Assembly (NCBI RefSeq): GCF_009834535.1
Contig: NC_045696.1
Coordinates: 21,268,001 to 21,332,000, forward strand
Length of the DNA: 64,000 nucleotides
Origin: Camelus ferus
Taxonomy: Eukaryota
Direction: 5' to 3'
Shown here: in pieces, positions 63,485 to 64,000 of the stretch
Layout: each line of letters starts with the position of its first letter
Numbering within the stretch: position 1 is the stretch's first letter
Notes under the pieces: generated by a model
Database searches by the model: none
Told to the model about the DNA's origin: nothing
What the model saw: only the letters and a program-made list of their open reading frames with translations
Made by a program: the position numbers and the translations under genes

Positions 63485-64000
63485 TCTTTTTTAACTTTAC
63501 TTTTGAGGGCAGTTTTAGGTTTACAACAAAATTGGGACGAAGGTACAGAGATTTTCCATATCCCCATTATCACTAGCATTCACCAAATGGTACCTTTTAC
63601 CAAAGATGAACCTACATTGACACATCATAATCACTCCAAGTCCATAGATCACATTACAGTTCACTCTTGATTTGTACAGTCTATGGATTTGAAACTGTAT
63701 TATGATATATACCCATCATTACAATATCATACAGAGTATCTCCACTGCCCTAAAAATCCTCTGTTCTCTGCCTTTTCTCTCTCCCAGCCCCACTGTATGC
63801 CCAACAACCACTTATCTTTTTACTTTCTCCATGGTTTTGTATTTTCCAGAATGTTGTATAGTTGAAATCAAAGTGTGCAGCCTTTTCAGATTGACTTCTT
63901 TCACTTACTACTATGCATTTAAGATTCCTGTCTGTCTTTTCATGGTGTGATAGCTCATTTCTTTTCAGTGCTGGATAATATCCCATTGTTCAGAGATGCC
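63485..64000 (-). mobile_element. L1MC-type 3' end (runs off the window)
   Basis: 'gcagttttaggtttacaacaaaattg...aaggtacagagattttccatat...gatgaacctacattgacacatcataatcactccaagtccatag'. Confidence 0.88.

Noticed and set aside
1..64000. Protein-coding genes from the ORF track
   Set aside because: All ORFs are 130 aa or shorter, many start at non-ATG codons, lie in repeats or are low-complexity; none resembles a host protein I recognise and no consistent exon chain emerges
1..64000. A novel multi-gene system, CRISPR array or prokaryotic operon
   Set aside because: The sequence is mammalian repeat-rich DNA with no regularly spaced repeat-spacer array and no gene-dense region

Overview
AT-rich mammalian non-coding DNA (gene desert or very large intron), most likely from a camelid. 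That assignment is inferred from two tRNA-derived SINEs of the Vic-1 type and camelid-type L1 3' ends, recognised from memory and not by database search. I find no supportable host protein-coding gene, RNA gene or CRISPR array. The ORF track is mostly chance ORFs, plus decayed Tigger1 transposase and antisense L1 fragments. The window is a layered record of mobile elements: MIR and L2, old and young L1, MaLR/ERVL/ERV1 solo LTRs (several with visible target-site duplications, TSDs), MER5, MER53 and a near full-length Tigger1. I did not find a new multi-gene biological system. The best leads are (1) a recognisable LF-SINE relic at about 6964-7160, a rare ancient family often exapted, here holding a 93-nt frame-preserving exon-like segment with canonical splice sites; (2) a ~310-bp polyadenylated non-repeat sequence retroposed into the Tigger1; (3) a triplicated L1 target site; (4) a three-level nested LTR containing an almost pure poly(A) insertion; (5) a CpG-retaining patch in an old L1 5' region. 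Repeat family names are by-eye calls, and boundaries without TSDs or terminal inverted repeats (TIRs) are approximate.
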